Source of the DNA: Chthoniobacter flavus
GTDB taxonomy: Bacteria > Verrucomicrobiota > Verrucomicrobiia > Chthoniobacterales > DYNR01
Reading direction: 5' to 3'
DNA length: 26,585 nucleotides
Assembly: GCA_020720945.1 (NCBI GenBank)
Contig: DYNR01000001.1
Span: 4,268 to 30,852, forward strand
Shown here in pieces: positions 26,132-26,585 of this stretch. The notes under the pieces were generated by a model. That model was not told the origin of the DNA and did no database searches. It saw nothing but the letters and a program-made list of their open reading frames with translations. The position numbers and the translations under genes were made by a program. Each line of letters begins with the position of its first letter. Position 1 is the stretch's first letter.

Positions 26132-26585
26132 TTCCCACCTTCCCCGAAACCCTCCCCCGCACCGCTCTTGTCACTGGCTCCAACCGCGGCATCGGCATCG
26201 AATTCACTTCCCAACTCCTACACCTCGGCTGGCGAGTTTTTGCCGTCTGCCGAAAAAAAAATGACCCCCTGCTTCTCTTGGAAACCAAGTTCCCAAATTC
26301 CCTCCACTGCCTCACTGCCGAAATCACTTCGCAAAAAGAAAAAATTTCCGCAGCCCTCCATGACGCAAACTCCCCCCTCGATCTCCTCATCAACAACGCC
26401 GGCGCATTTGAACCCGAAGAAGGCATTTCTTCGCTCACCGCAGAAGGAATGCTCCGCATCTATCACCTGAACGCCATCACCCCTCTCCTGCTCGCCCAAG
26501 CCCTTCTCCCCTCCTTAAAAAAATCCCCACACCCCATCATCGCAAACCTCGTCTCCGGCTCTGGCATTTTACAAAAAAAGAACGG
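26128..26585 (+). CDS. SDR-family oxidoreductase (3'-truncated by window edge; not in supplied track)
   Basis: Own translation from ATG 26128 (ATGA overlap with NUDIX): ALVTGSNRGIG...LDLLINNAG, open to the window end. Confidence 0.88.
   Translation, partial: MIPTFPETLPRTALVTGSNRGIGIEFTSQLLHLGWRVFAVCRKKNDPLLLLETKFPNSLHCLTAEITSQKEKISAALHDANSPLDLLINNAGAFEPEEGISSLTAEGMLRIYHLNAITPLLLAQALLPSLKKSPHPIIANLVSGSGILQKKN

Overview
Bacterial window with two parts. (1) About 370-8699 is a defence island with no integrase or transposase. It holds a type I restriction-modification (R-M) operon: hsdM, a DUF1016/YhcG PD-(D/E)XK gene, a 40-aa ORF, hsdS, a HipA/PI3K-like kinase, a DUF3037-like gene and hsdR. The first six ORFs are chained by 4-nt stop/start overlaps. 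hsdR has lost its whole ATPase/translocase motor and is frameshifted at about 7905. The island also shows unexplained DNA structure: five 27-nt hairpins with compensatory base changes in and around the DUF1016 gene, a 30-nt imperfect direct repeat bracketing the DUF1016 cassette, and an ATCTGCG-based palindromic element inserted in frame in both hsdM and hsdS. (2) 8881-26585 is housekeeping DNA with a strong C>G skew on the + strand: manA, purD, an S41 pseudo-peptidase, gmhB, DUF3592, birA, recQ, glk, zwf, an RlmD-like methyltransferase, xth, an EEP hydrolase, ACP, tlyA, nadK, PTS IIA, DJ-1, SWIB, NUDIX and a partial SDR. The gene set and style suggest Verrucomicrobia, but this is inference only. 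Family assignments come from motif recognition by eye; no database searches were run.
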